From Cyanidioschyzon merolae (taxonomy: Eukaryota): 64,000 nt of DNA. Positions 11,165 to 22,545 of this stretch are shown one piece after another (position 1 is the first letter of the stretch; every line of letters starts with the position of its first letter). The stretch is from NCBI GenBank assembly GCA_000091205.1, contig AP006489.2, one strand, 5' to 3'. The translations under genes and the position numbers were made by a program. The notes under the pieces were generated by a model. The model was not told where the DNA came from, searched no databases, and was given only the letters and a program-made list of their open reading frames with translations.

Positions 11165-11959
11165 CTATACCTGCTGTGCGAGCTCGTCTCGGAGACGACG
11201 AACCTCAGACTTGAGGCTCAAGTCCATGAACTTGTCGCCGAGCTGCACGGTGAAGCCTCCAATGAGGTCCCGATCAATCCTTGTGATCAGATCAACACGG
11301 GCATCCGGCATATCCGGATAAAAGCGTCGCTGCAGCCGCTGGCGCAAAAGAGCCAGCTGCCACTCTGTAAGCGGCACTGCACTCGTAACGACTGCCTGCG
11401 TTGAGCCCCGCTGCGCAGCGATCACAGACTGGAACGAATGCAGCACCTGCGACACGTGACTCAAGCGCCGGTTATCCGCAAGTAGATCAAGAAGTCTGCG
11501 CACAAAGACTGTTTGCACACCTGCGGCGTCAAGTAGCTTCTCGAGAGCACGCTGCTTCGCTACCTGCGAGCGCGTCGGATCCCGAAGAAACTCTTCGATC
11601 CGGGGATTCTCTCGCAGGAGACGCTCGAGCGCGTCAACGTCACGGTGGACTTCGTTCAGTTGGTTCGCCTTCATCGCGACCCGCAGCAACGAGCCCGCAT
11701 AGCGACCGGCAACACCCGTCAACTGCTTTGTCGCGGCGACTGCGCTGTTGGCGTCAGCGGAAGCCGCCGACCCAGCGCTCGTTGCCAGTCGTCTCCAGTA
11801 CGCGGCACCGTATCTCGCAAGCAGTCCCAGGTTTGATCGTACCATGACGGCGGATAACCAGGCTCGTTCCCGAGCACCGACGCTGTAGCACCCGGTTTCC
11901 GAGTTTCTCGTTGCCGGTCGCTGGTAGCCTGTAGCTGACGCTTCAACGCTGGTGCGCAC
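11165..11959 (-). CDS. mitochondrial ATP synthase OSCP (F1Fo delta/OSCP family) with presequence
   Basis: Resembles the OSCP/AtpH family along its length: GRYAGSLLRVAMKANQLNEV ... AVVTSAVPLTEWQLALLRQRL ... LITRIDRDLIGGFTVQLGDKFMDLSLKSEVRRL. The N-terminus is Arg/Ser/Ala-rich. The true start may be an internal Met. Confidence 0.8.
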   Translation of the reverse strand: MRTSVEASATGYQRPATRNSETGCYSVGARERAWLSAVMVRSNLGLLARYGAAYWRRLATSAGSAASADANSAVAATKQLTGVAGRYAGSLLRVAMKANQLNEVHRDVDALERLLRENPRIEEFLRDPTRSQVAKQRALEKLLDAAGVQTVFVRRLLDLLADNRRLSHVSQVLHSFQSVIAAQRGSTQAVVTSAVPLTEWQLALLRQRLQRRFYPDMPDARVDLITRIDRDLIGGFTVQLGDKFMDLSLKSEVRRLRDELAQQV

Positions 11960-12894
11960 TGCGCGCCGCTACTGTTTGATCGACGCGCTCGAACGAAGAC
12001 GGAGCGCTGAGCGTCATAAACTGATGTCTCAGGTACGCGAAAGTGCACTCGACTTGAGACGTTGTGGAAGCACCTGTTGACTTGTCTATTGCTCTGGAAA
12101 GTGCCTGCTACGTCCTCGAAGTGAGTTGTTCGTAATATTTTGTAAAGCATTGCGATGAGGAATAGGCGATGAGGATGCAAGGCAGCAACCGCTTCATTCT
12201 GAAGAGACTGAAGCATAGAAGGAATCGATTTCATATTGCGTACGCGTTTTGAAACCCTTTACTTTATGATGATTCTGCGGTGACCGTTGTGCTCGAATCA
12301 CTGCATCTATTGCACAACAAATGGCGCGCATTTTAGGTACGGATGCAGCATTGCCTGATATCACGGAAGGCTTCTCGTGTGCTAAGGATCACGCAGCAGC
12401 CGGTAATCTCCTTCTAGATCGATCACGACGCGCGTTCCGTACTAGGGTGTCGGAGCCCTTTTGCTATTTCGTAGCGGATCCACACAAGTGGACCATGATG
12501 ATGATACAGTGTGCGCACTGCACACGCTAGCCAGACTGCCTGCTGCGCTCTTGCGCTGCCTGCAAGCACACAGAAAGCCCTCAATCATTGACAGCGGCAA
12601 CGCTGTGACCCACAAAAAGACCAATCAAGAAATTCTGAAACCTATGAACACCGGTAAGCGTATGGTGGTCGCTTTCCAGGTCGAGCGCATTTATCGCATC
12701 ATAAAAAGCGCTCCATAGATTCCATCGATGTAGCGCTCTGGAGTTCTCAGCAATGAACACGAAAGAAGCATCGATGGGCGACACGCATGTCACGCGCGTC
12801 ACGCGATGCGAGTCGAAAGCCGCGGAGGTGCCGCAGCGCTGCGCACTTTTTCGAAGCACCAGTGCAAACGCTTCTGCGTTTACGTGCCTGCTAA

Positions 12895-14523
12895 GTGTTG
12901 CCTGCAATGAGCGCTGCCCCAGCTGTCAAGTTTTTGAATCCACACGCTGAGGTCTCCCGTCGTGGCTTGGCGTTGCACGCAAGCATCAATGCGGCGGGCG
13001 GGCTCGAGGATATCCTGCGATCGAACCTGGGGCCGCGTGGAACCCTGAAGCTGCTCGTGAGCGGTAGCGGGGAGCTCAAACTTACCAAGGACGGCGCGGT
13101 GCTGCTTCATAACATGGAGATCATTCATCCTACAGCCAAGATCATCGCAAGGGCCGCGACTGCGCAGGATGACGAATGCGGTGATGGTACCACCAGTGTC
13201 GTGCTGCTGGTTGGTGAGATCCTACGCCAGGCGGAACGACCGCTCGTGGACGGTATTCACCCGCGGCACCTCGTGGACGGGATTGAGTTGGCCCGGACCG
13301 AGCTGCTCCGAAGCTTTATTCCCAGGGTACAGATCGCCGTTGATCGCAACGACCGCGAACAGCTCGGACGGGCCGTTCGCTGTGCGCTCGCAACGAAGCT
13401 CTCAGATGACGCTTTGGTAGCGCATATTTCTGACCTCGTTGCCGATGCAGCGCTGATCGTGCATCACGATAACGAACCTATCGATCTCTTCATGGTGGAA
13501 ATAATGACAATAGAGTCGCGCACAGCGATGCACTCGAGCTTGGTGCGAGGTCTGGTTCTAGATCACGGCACGCGGCACCCGGATATGCCAAAGGATCTGG
13601 AGAACGCGTACGTGCTCACCTGCAATGTCTCGCTCGAGTACGAGAAACCCGAGCTAGGTGGCGGGTTCTTCTACTCTAGTGCAGGGCAGAGAGAGCGACT
13701 CGCACAGGCCGAGCGCGAGGCTGTTGCTCATCAAGTTGAAAAAATTTTGCGTCTGAAGCGCCAAGTCTGTGATGAGGTAGGCACGAAAGCGGGATTCCTG
13801 ATCGTCAATCAAAAGGGCATCTCGCCGGATGCACTGGAGATGCTAGCACGCGAAGGAATCATGGCGCTGCGGCGGGCAAAGCGCCGCAACATGGAACGCC
13901 TCGTTCTTGCGTGTGGCGGTACGGCTGTGAATTCCCTGGATGACCTCAATCCATCGGTGCTGGGAAAAGCGGTACGAGTCTTTGAAGAAACCCATGGAGA
14001 GGACAAATATACCTTCGTGGAGGCGCCCCCGACAGCGCGCAGCTGCACGCTCGTGCTGCGGGGCTCCGACAAGCAAACGCTGCAACAACTGAAGGATGCC
14101 GTGCGGGACGGCCTTCATACTGCCCGGCATTTCCTGGATGACGCCTATGTCGTACCCGGAGGTGGGGCGTTCGAGTGTGCAGCGTATCAGCACCTCCAAG
14201 CGTACAGCAAAACTGTCCAGGGTCGAGCACGCCTCGGTGTCCAGACCTTTGCCGATGCGCTTTTGGTGATTCCAAAGACGCTCGCCGAGAATTCCGGCCT
14301 AGACGCACAGGAAACCGTCCTGCAGATGATCGAGGCCCACGAAGCCGGGCGAACGGTGGGTCTGGATGCGCACTCTGGTGAACTGGTAGAGCCGCTCGGA
14401 CGCGGCATCGTTGATTGCTGCCGGCCGAAACGGCACGCGCTTAGTTTGGCCTCGACAATCACCACACAACTACTGCTCGTCGATGAATTGCTCAAGGCCG
14501 GACGTGATACCAGATCGAAATAG
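12895..14523 (+). CDS. CCT6: T-complex protein 1 subunit zeta (CCT6), group II chaperonin
   Basis: Contains NLGPRGTLKLLVSGSGELKLTKDGAVLLHNMEIIHPTAKIIARAATAQDDECGDGTTS. Collinear with CCT zeta over 540 aa and intronless. The likely start is the Met at 12907. Confidence 0.9.
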   Translation: MLPAMSAAPAVKFLNPHAEVSRRGLALHASINAAGGLEDILRSNLGPRGTLKLLVSGSGELKLTKDGAVLLHNMEIIHPTAKIIARAATAQDDECGDGTTSVVLLVGEILRQAERPLVDGIHPRHLVDGIELARTELLRSFIPRVQIAVDRNDREQLGRAVRCALATKLSDDALVAHISDLVADAALIVHHDNEPIDLFMVEIMTIESRTAMHSSLVRGLVLDHGTRHPDMPKDLENAYVLTCNVSLEYEKPELGGGFFYSSAGQRERLAQAEREAVAHQVEKILRLKRQVCDEVGTKAGFLIVNQKGISPDALEMLAREGIMALRRAKRRNMERLVLACGGTAVNSLDDLNPSVLGKAVRVFEETHGEDKYTFVEAPPTARSCTLVLRGSDKQTLQQLKDAVRDGLHTARHFLDDAYVVPGGGAFECAAYQHLQAYSKTVQGRARLGVQTFADALLVIPKTLAENSGLDAQETVLQMIEAHEAGRTVGLDAHSGELVEPLGRGIVDCCRPKRHALSLASTITTQLLLVDELLKAGRDTRSK

Positions 14524-16644
14524 GCACAGCTTTAGGCATAATATGGCCCTACTGATTGACGTACACGTTTCAGGCTAGTGGTCGGTGATACGGGGGTCCG
14601 TTGGACACCCACTCGAACGCATCGTTGCCCTGATGCGGATACGGCTCACCGACCTCAGCTTTAGCGGTAGTGTGGCGAGCCTTGGTGTTTGATCGCTGCC
14701 TCAGACGCAAATTACCGTCAGCACTGTCTGGATTTGACTCTGTCAAACTGTGAAGGCGCTGTTGCTCTCATCACCGTGCAGCGATCCATACCCTTGAGAA
14801 AAGCCGCACAGCCGCTAGGCGCTGTACGTTGCACGGGCCACGATCCGGAGATCGTCGAGCGTATCGTCGAATGCTGCGCTTTCCGCTGGGCAGAGCGACG
14901 GGCAGCAGCGTCCAGGCGTGATACGAATAGATTCCAGCCTCAGCGTACTTTCGCATGCTAGTCGTCTTTGGTACTGCATCGCATGGGATCGAATTGCACA
15001 GAGCGTAACTCTGGGGCAGAGCAATACACAGACGTGTTTAAGCGCGCGCTCTCACTGTGGTGCATGATACCAGCGGCTCCCCAGCTGGAGAAAAGACGAT
15101 CTGGATAGTATCGCTTACATGAGCACGCGAGCTGTATCCCCGACGGCTCGCATAACCAGATCGAGACGAGTTGACCGTCGCGCTCGAAGCATCCTTATCG
15201 ATTTGCTCGTTCGAGGCTGCGCTGTGCTTCCGAGCAATCTAGCGTCAAGCGTTCCTAATCCCGGTCAGTGCCCTGCACAACCCCAGCGCAGAGCGATGTC
15301 TGCACGCTCGCCCGCACTCGTCGCATGAACGACAACAGCGCACCGGGAGTGAATCGTGCGCCACGATAGCACCGCCTGAGTGCACTGTACATTCACAGGC
15401 ACGACTCGGATGTGAACGAAGAGCGTTTATTCGTGCTCTGGTCCATGCGCTGGTGCGTTTATACAAGAGCACGACGCGTGTTCACTGCGTGCCAAGACAG
15501 GGCTCAGACGGGAATGATGGTAGCGACGAGGACTCCGCAGTGCTCAAATCCAGCAGCTTGAATGCACTGGCTGGCATCGGATAAATGCCTCTTCAATAGC
15601 GTCATCAATGCCGCTGTCTCGACAGCTGACGCGCTCGAGTACACGATGATATTCACTGCCCGGCACCACTGCACCACAGAAGCGGCTCGTCTCCGATCCG
15701 ATATTCACAAAACACCGCATTCTGATCACGATCCAGGAGCGATCGAACGGTAACCGTGACACGGAAAACGGCAAAAGTCAGTCCATTGGTGTCATCGACT
15801 GTGGGCATGAACGTTTCTCTTCATTGGGTAGCCGCTATCAGCACTTTTCGAAGCACGCAAGATCCGCTCGGGTATAAAGAACGGTGCACGCGAACCTGCA
15901 TCAAGTGCCAGAGGCACTTTGTCTGCATCTACATGCCTTGCTCAACCCGAACCCGTTCCGTTAAAGTCATCTCTTGCAGACGTGGAACACAGGTGTTGCA
16001 TGTACGCGGCGTACCGCATGAGGAGCGCTCAGTGAAGCCTTTCTCTCATCGTCAGCCTAGATGCTACATGGTGCTTCTTGAGATGGTCTCAGACCCGATT
16101 TGTATGCAAGATAGCAACGTTGCTCAAAGAGCCAAATAGGTGCACAGATCAAACGCCTCTCCAAGCAACTGAGCATGCCCAGTGCGCTTCGGCGCGAATG
16201 CTCCCACGCCAATGCTTCGGAAGCAAGTGACCGTTCATCGACAACGATGCCGTGTCCGTGCGTAAGCCTTGCTTCTGGGATATGAACCGATCTAGTCGAC
16301 CAGCTCTGGTTAGTATCGGTCCTCAGGCCTATCATTGCAATGGCCCATATGCCCAAACAGGGCAGTCACACTCGTCATCTATAACAAGTACATCACTGGA
16401 CATGCGAACTTACGCAATCCAACCACAGGCGAATAAACGTACCGACGCATCTACGACTGTGCGCATACGCAAGCGCAAGCATCTGTCAACAAAGATATAA
16501 ATCCTTTTTCATCCACTGAAACCTGAAATGAACCCAGACATCTACGAAGGTACGCATACCCAACGGCAAGCACCAGTGAACACGGACAAGCATTGCTACC
16601 TGCGTTCGCAAGCATCCACAGCTAAAGCAAAACATCCAGTGCAT

Positions 16645-19600
16645 TCATTCATCGCTACACGAGGCACTAGACGGTACCTCGGTATCAGCACCGATGAGCA
16701 TCAACACCCATTGGCAAAGTGTCTGTAGAAGGGCGTGATTGAGCTGACGATTCTGCGCGATCTCGTCCACTAGAGCGTGCCAGAGCTTCTCCAGTAGCGC
16801 CGCATCTCCAAGCGCTTGCGCAAAGCCTGCTACCTGTTCCGCAGCGCGCGTCTCTTTGGTACGCAAGTCTTCAATACAGTCATGCGCCTCCTGCTTTCCC
16901 GCGTACAAGGCTTCGGGTGAACGCTCCGCCAATAGCGCTAGACGCTCACGCGACTGACGCGCAAGATCCTCCACACGCTCGATGATCACAGCGTCTCTTG
17001 GAAATGGGTTCTCTTGCCCAAGTGGGTCAACGCGCTCCAGCCGCATCCATAGGCGCCTAGACAACGCCAAAACCAGGAGAAAGCGCATCTCACAGAAGAG
17101 CAAGCGATCTGTTACGGGAACCGGCAGTACCCTGTGCTCAACTGCCCAGAGCGGATCGTGTTCCGATGCACCGGAGGTATCGATTCCATAGAGTGCTCGC
17201 GTAAGCGCAGCAGCAACGCGTTTCGACTCACGTTGTAGTGCAACAAGTCGGTATCCAAAGTCAAAGGGTGCCAGAAATCGTGCCCATTCAGAAGCGACAA
17301 GCCCCGTGCTATGCCCAGAAGCCGCTAGCTTCTCTGTTTCGTCCTCATTCGTAGCGACGAGTTGCTCGTACAGACTTTGGAGCCTTGCACGATCCAGACC
17401 AGACTCGTGCGCGCCCATAACGAGCAACATCCACAGGCGAGACCAGAGCGAACGTTCGTGCGGTATCGCGTGCGGTGCAGGTTCTATGTTCCACGGCAAA
17501 AGACCCGGATCGAGGATGCCATGCTGGCGCAGGTTCTTCGCACCGACATCGGGTCGGATGAGCAGTCGCACCACGGACCAGTCGCTATTGTCGATCAGGT
17601 CCGGTACTGTGGGTTCCTGCTTCGATGTTATGGATGAAGTCGCTGCCACGGCCGCTGCATCCGCCAGATGCAGACTCTCCATTCCAACAACTAGCGGATG
17701 CGGCCGCGAAGCACCGTTATCTTCGGCGTGCTCATCCTTCCGTACATTCAAGCGAGTCGTGCGCTGGCTCCCGTTGCTCACGAGCACTCCCCCAGGTGAG
17801 ACACGATCCGAGGCGCATGCCACTCTGATCCATTGATACAGATCAGCGTGTATATTTGCATCCCAGGTCCAGATGCTTCGTTCGATGCGATCAACGAGCT
17901 CCCACAAGTGCAGTGCAGTATCGATGTTGTTGCCACGAACTGCATCCAACAGAGCCTGGGCACCTTCAGTCACATTCGATACGAGCAACGCCCGCTGCGC
18001 GTCGATGTACGTACGAGCTGCCATTTGTACTGATAAACGGTCAGGCGGTGATGATGATGATGATGATGCTCTCGACCAGCGATCGCCCAGAAAACCGAAG
18101 TAGAACGGCGGGATCATATCGACCCCGTCTCCAAGCAGAAACGCTAAGCTGTCATACTGGATGGATTTGCAGCCAAGCAGATGCCATTCCAGCAAGCTGC
18201 TTCCGGATGCATCGAGCGCATTCAGCAGACCGATACTCGCGATCCGCAGGATATAGTCATCGGGATTGTGCGCTAGTCCGTATCGCAAGAGACAGAGCGA
18301 AAGTCGAAGATCGTGATCTGCTGGAGCCTGCCGCAGAAGGTACAAAACGGCAAGCAGCAGGAAACCGTTGGGTATGGAAGCGCTGGAATCCTCGGGCACA
18401 TCTCCGGTGCCGCGACTCATGCGGGACCATTGGAGCAGCACCAGCGGGGCCGGCTTCTCTAGTCGTTCTTGGGGAACGTCCGATTGTCCATCAACCGAAC
18501 CAGAGCCAGCATTCAGTGCGTCCATCCAGAATTCCACCCATATCCTATGAAGCAGCAGACGCCACTGCGGCTTCGACCAAGATAGAGTTCGCGATGCCGC
18601 TGGATCCGGATACCGCGTCCGAAGTGCAGTCCTTAGAGCACTGTATGCCGAAGCGGACCACGTCCCTGACGCTGATGAGGGAGAACAGAACGCAGCCACC
18701 CATGGCATCATGTCCAGGTGGCCACAGGCGTATCTCGCTAGTACAGCAAATGCGTCCATAATCAGCGAACATGTTAACGTAGCGCTTGCTCTGTTGTACG
18801 CCAGACGCACCAGCAATCCGGATCGATGTTGGAGGCGCTCCAGCAACTGCTCGAAACGCTGACGCAGCTCTAAGCGGGAAGCGTCAGCCGCTTCCACTCG
18901 CTCAACGCTGAGCAGTTCAATTAGACGATTCCATGCCGTCCAGTCGAGAGCGCTCGCGATAGGCGCGCACCTGGTATCAACGTTGCTTTCCAAAGTTTCC
19001 GCAAGTTCCAGATACAACCTGGCGGCCTTCTCGGCGAGGGCATCCTTGTCTGCTGCATGCGCAGCCTCTTCCGTGAGCCACGTTGCATAGCAAGCGTCCG
19101 CCATCATACGTCGTCGCTCATTGGCGTCCACCAGGACACGTCGCAGGTAGCGGGCGTGTCGCTCGTCATCAGCTGCGTCGTCTAGCCATGTAGTGAAGCA
19201 CTTGAGATGCCCATGAGCCCCCAGGACGCGCCAAAGAAAGTCGAACGCGTCACGGTCTTCGAGCATCGCCACTGGGCGCGTATCCGAGGCCTCGGCGGCG
19301 ACTCTGGTACCCGAGTCACGCTCGAAAGGCGTACTGAGCAGGTCTAGCGCCCTGTGACACAATTGTTCACTCAGCTGCATTTGAACACGAAAACGCGTTG
19401 ACGTCTCGTCTCGCGTGCAGCTGGATGCCTCTGGGTGTGTCCCGTACACTTGACGTGCCTCCGGAAGACGTCTGCGTGCGGCATACAATGGAATGAAGCA
19501 GGCTAAGACGTGCCGCAGTAGCAGGTACGCCTGCTGCGCGGTACCTGTTCCCGCCGCTCGTTTCGAACTATCCGCGCTCGCTACGTTGCCGGACATTCTT

Positions 19601-20235
19601 ACATATCTCAAGGCAATTTTTTGTGCGACCTCTGCCCTGTGACACAACAGGGCTATCACGAAACAGCGCAGTGTGGTTTCACCTCGATCGTAGGGCGCCC
19701 GTACAGAGAGTTGCTCTGCAAGCGCCGTGAGCGTGCTTCGCAGCGTCGCTGCCTGGTGCGGGTCAACAGTCGAGCTTTGGCTTCGAAAGCACACAGCACG
19801 GGGCAGGTATGGCACCAGACTAAGCAGCACTATCGATAGTATCCAAAAGCTCGACCAGTCCAGAGCAGTTTCGACGTCTGCCCGAGTGCAGTGTTCACGA
19901 AGCAGCACCTCCGCTCGCTCAAGAGCAACCGTAGTCTTCCCTTTTCTAGCATAGAAAACCAAAGTCAACGCATCTAAGTACACCTGTACGCGTGCGCTTC
20001 CTTCCGGCTGCTTCGCAGCTGCGGCTTTGGCTTCAGCGACTAGACGCAGGAACTTGCTCTCCTGGCCGGTTCCCAGAGCACCCCAGATTGGCCCCAACGA
20101 GGCGATTCTTCGTTCTATATAGAGGCTCGGCTCGGCAGTCAGGTTCATGGTGCGAGGCAACGGTTCCTGGCGTGGCCCCGCAGCGCTGATACGCAGCTTC
20201 GCTTCACTGCGAACGAACAGCTGCGACAAACACAA
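16645..20235 (-). CDS. large hypothetical protein (1196 aa, helical/TPR-like composition), function not recognised
   Basis: Uninterrupted 3.6-kb ORF with protein-like composition. No diagnostic motif found by eye. Confidence 0.5.
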   Translation of the reverse strand: MCLSQLFVRSEAKLRISAAGPRQEPLPRTMNLTAEPSLYIERRIASLGPIWGALGTGQESKFLRLVAEAKAAAAKQPEGSARVQVYLDALTLVFYARKGKTTVALERAEVLLREHCTRADVETALDWSSFWILSIVLLSLVPYLPRAVCFRSQSSTVDPHQAATLRSTLTALAEQLSVRAPYDRGETTLRCFVIALLCHRAEVAQKIALRYVRMSGNVASADSSKRAAGTGTAQQAYLLLRHVLACFIPLYAARRRLPEARQVYGTHPEASSCTRDETSTRFRVQMQLSEQLCHRALDLLSTPFERDSGTRVAAEASDTRPVAMLEDRDAFDFLWRVLGAHGHLKCFTTWLDDAADDERHARYLRRVLVDANERRRMMADACYATWLTEEAAHAADKDALAEKAARLYLELAETLESNVDTRCAPIASALDWTAWNRLIELLSVERVEAADASRLELRQRFEQLLERLQHRSGLLVRLAYNRASATLTCSLIMDAFAVLARYACGHLDMMPWVAAFCSPSSASGTWSASAYSALRTALRTRYPDPAASRTLSWSKPQWRLLLHRIWVEFWMDALNAGSGSVDGQSDVPQERLEKPAPLVLLQWSRMSRGTGDVPEDSSASIPNGFLLLAVLYLLRQAPADHDLRLSLCLLRYGLAHNPDDYILRIASIGLLNALDASGSSLLEWHLLGCKSIQYDSLAFLLGDGVDMIPPFYFGFLGDRWSRASSSSSSPPDRLSVQMAARTYIDAQRALLVSNVTEGAQALLDAVRGNNIDTALHLWELVDRIERSIWTWDANIHADLYQWIRVACASDRVSPGGVLVSNGSQRTTRLNVRKDEHAEDNGASRPHPLVVGMESLHLADAAAVAATSSITSKQEPTVPDLIDNSDWSVVRLLIRPDVGAKNLRQHGILDPGLLPWNIEPAPHAIPHERSLWSRLWMLLVMGAHESGLDRARLQSLYEQLVATNEDETEKLAASGHSTGLVASEWARFLAPFDFGYRLVALQRESKRVAAALTRALYGIDTSGASEHDPLWAVEHRVLPVPVTDRLLFCEMRFLLVLALSRRLWMRLERVDPLGQENPFPRDAVIIERVEDLARQSRERLALLAERSPEALYAGKQEAHDCIEDLRTKETRAAEQVAGFAQALGDAALLEKLWHALVDEIAQNRQLNHALLQTLCQWVLMLIGADTEVPSSASCSDE

Positions 20236-20737
20236 CGCCTGGTGCGTTGTCGCCGAAGGCAGGCCGACTTGCGAACTCCCTGTCCAATACTCGATACCGC
20301 GGCTGCTGTGTACTGCTGCAGGGAAAAAGTGCTCGGCAGTAAACCTCTATAGAAGCATTGACCTTGAACACCCGCCGCGAAAACGTAAACAAATCCTAGT
20401 TACACGCGCTCGCTCCCACTACGGTAGCAGCAAGCATCGCTGACGCTGGTACGGATGGAGCCGTCAAGGACCTTGCTTCCACGTATAGTGCATCTTCCCG
20501 GATCGATAGCGACTAGAATGACAGGACGCTTTACACACAAAAAAGAAACAGAGTTCTAAACCGAGTGATTCTTATGGCGCTTCGATCAATAACAAAATTG
20601 GGTTCATTTTGTAGTGTCGCAGCTTGTCGTCGCTAGCGCGGCATTCCTACATCCCGCCCACAAGAGCACGGATACAAGACTCGATTTCGCTATCAGCAGC
20701 GCGTGGAGTGAAGATGCCAGTCACCAGAACTACGCCT

Positions 20738-21826
20738 CTACGCACTAAAGTCGTGATCCGCTTCTCGTGCGGGAGCTGAAGCGCGTACTTCACCGTCAGA
20801 ATGGACTGCTTCTGCGGATGCTTCCGCTACGGCTTCTTCGTGGTGAGGTGTCCATTTGCTTTTCAAATGCGTGTCCGGATAGGCGTCGGCACCAACTGCA
20901 GCGCTCGATGCAGGCAACGCTGCACTGTTGCTTGCAGCGACGGGACGCTCCTGCGAAGTGGTATCGTCGACGGCGGTGGTGTCGCCTTCCCAGTCGGACT
21001 CGATGCCGTCATGCGTACCGCCGTGCTTCAGCGAATACTCATATTTGTAGCGTGTCACCGCAGCTGTCTCATCTTCCATGCGCCGAATATCCTCGATGGT
21101 CATATCGATCCATTCGTCCATCCAACAAACGAGTTTCCGATGATACCGAATGAACGTGTATTTGAGCCCGTACTTGTGACCCCACTCTTCGACCATGGTC
21201 TGAAGACCCCATTTTCGAAACTCCAGCTTACAAAGTTTGTACGCACACATCACCGGCTGTGACTCGTAGTACCAGCGCCCCGGGACAAGAGGTCCACGCC
21301 CAGTGCGACGGCTCTGCCAACTGGTGGGGTCCTCGTTCGGTTCCATTCGCGGCACCGCACACGAAATGTCTATAAAGTCAACCTGGCGTTTGCGTAGTTC
21401 GTCGTCTTTCAAGTTCAAGGGGTTCGTCTGCGTTCCAGCATCGGGAGCGTGCACGGTTTCCACGCTCAGCCGAAACTTGTCTCCAAGCCACTCGTTCGAG
21501 TACACCGTGAGGCAGTGCGGATACGCGTTCCAGCTGCGTTCGACCATTGTCAGCGCGCTCTCTGGCATAACAAAACGAACAAACGCCGGTACTTTGGACT
21601 TGAGGTAAAACACTTTCTTCGTATACTGACCGGGAGGCATGTGGTACTCGTTACAGGGGTCATCGGCCGCGTACGGTCGATTTTCTTCGATGACGAGGCC
21701 CTCGCCCGCTCGCTTTCCAGTCTCCTGTTGGGCTGCCTTGGCCACCATGTAGAGCTGAGCTCTAAAGTACTCGTCTACTGAGCACGGAAGCAGCAACCTG
21801 TACTCTTTGATAAGCATTGTGGACAA
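20738..21826 (-). CDS. phosphatidylinositol transfer protein (PITP alpha/beta family) with acidic/Ala-rich C-terminal extension
   Basis: MLIKEYRLLLPCSVDEYFRAQLYMVAKA ... YTKKVFYLKSKVPAFVRFVMPESAL ... TGRGPLVPGRWYYESQPVMCAYKLCKLEFRKWGLQ ... IRRMEDE aligns with the canonical PITP N-terminus and core. Confidence 0.88.
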   Translation of the reverse strand: MSTMLIKEYRLLLPCSVDEYFRAQLYMVAKAAQQETGKRAGEGLVIEENRPYAADDPCNEYHMPPGQYTKKVFYLKSKVPAFVRFVMPESALTMVERSWNAYPHCLTVYSNEWLGDKFRLSVETVHAPDAGTQTNPLNLKDDELRKRQVDFIDISCAVPRMEPNEDPTSWQSRRTGRGPLVPGRWYYESQPVMCAYKLCKLEFRKWGLQTMVEEWGHKYGLKYTFIRYHRKLVCWMDEWIDMTIEDIRRMEDETAAVTRYKYEYSLKHGGTHDGIESDWEGDTTAVDDTTSQERPVAASNSAALPASSAAVGADAYPDTHLKSKWTPHHEEAVAEASAEAVHSDGEVRASAPAREADHDFSA

Positions 21827-21960
21827 TCAGAGCCAGGAAAGCGGTACAGTTTCCAGCTGCCAGTGACACGAACCCGATGCGCGCTCAAACTAGAATACGC
21901 AAACCGGTAAACCACTCCAGCTACGTCAACAACTACGACTAGTACTAGTAGTAGTACTTC

Positions 21961-21990
21961 AGCTGCTGCTGCTGCTGCTGCCGCCGCTGC
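21961..21990. repeat. (GCT/GCC)n microsatellite; nearby (GCGAT)4 at ~22050-22070
   Basis: gctgctgctgctgctgctgccgccgctgc, then cgatgcgatgcgatgcgatgc. Confidence 0.9.
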
Positions 21991-22482
21991 AGTTATTGCG
22001 GATACCGGGCGTACGCGCACCCTGAGGTTAATTTGCGCATCATGCGCGCGATGCGATGCGATGCGATGCTGAGCATCCCGATCCGGCGGCCAACTGGAGC
22101 CGCTTTCAGAGCGGTGGAGGCTACTACGGATATGGCTACTATTGCTGTAGGTGACGCCTTTACGAGTGGATGTTGTCCATGGCACCTCTGGGGCACTGTT
22201 GATGTACACTGGTCTCATATTAGAATGGAAGGAGTCCACTTGAGTGACTGGGGTGCATATGCTAACCTTTGGGTTCGTACTCAGTGTCGTTCATGACGTA
22301 GTTGAAAGGCTTTTTCTCTGATATTTTCTATTGTATCCCTTTTATCTCCGGCTTTAAGTCCGCTGGGCTATTCTTCCGCACAAGCTCCATAGTCAATAGA
22401 CTCAGGACGTGGATATTGGTTTACTTCACCGATATCAGTGCTCCAGGCTCTTACCGATTAAATTCGTGCACAGGTAGTAGTG

Positions 22483-22485
22483 GTG

Positions 22486-22524
<39 letters not shown>

Positions 22525-22545
22525 GTGGTGGTGATCGTCGGCTCG
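22483..22545. repeat. (GTGCTC)7 followed by (GGT)n microsatellite
   Basis: gtgctcgtgctcgtgctcgtgctcgtgctcgtgctcgtggtggtggtg. Confidence 0.9.
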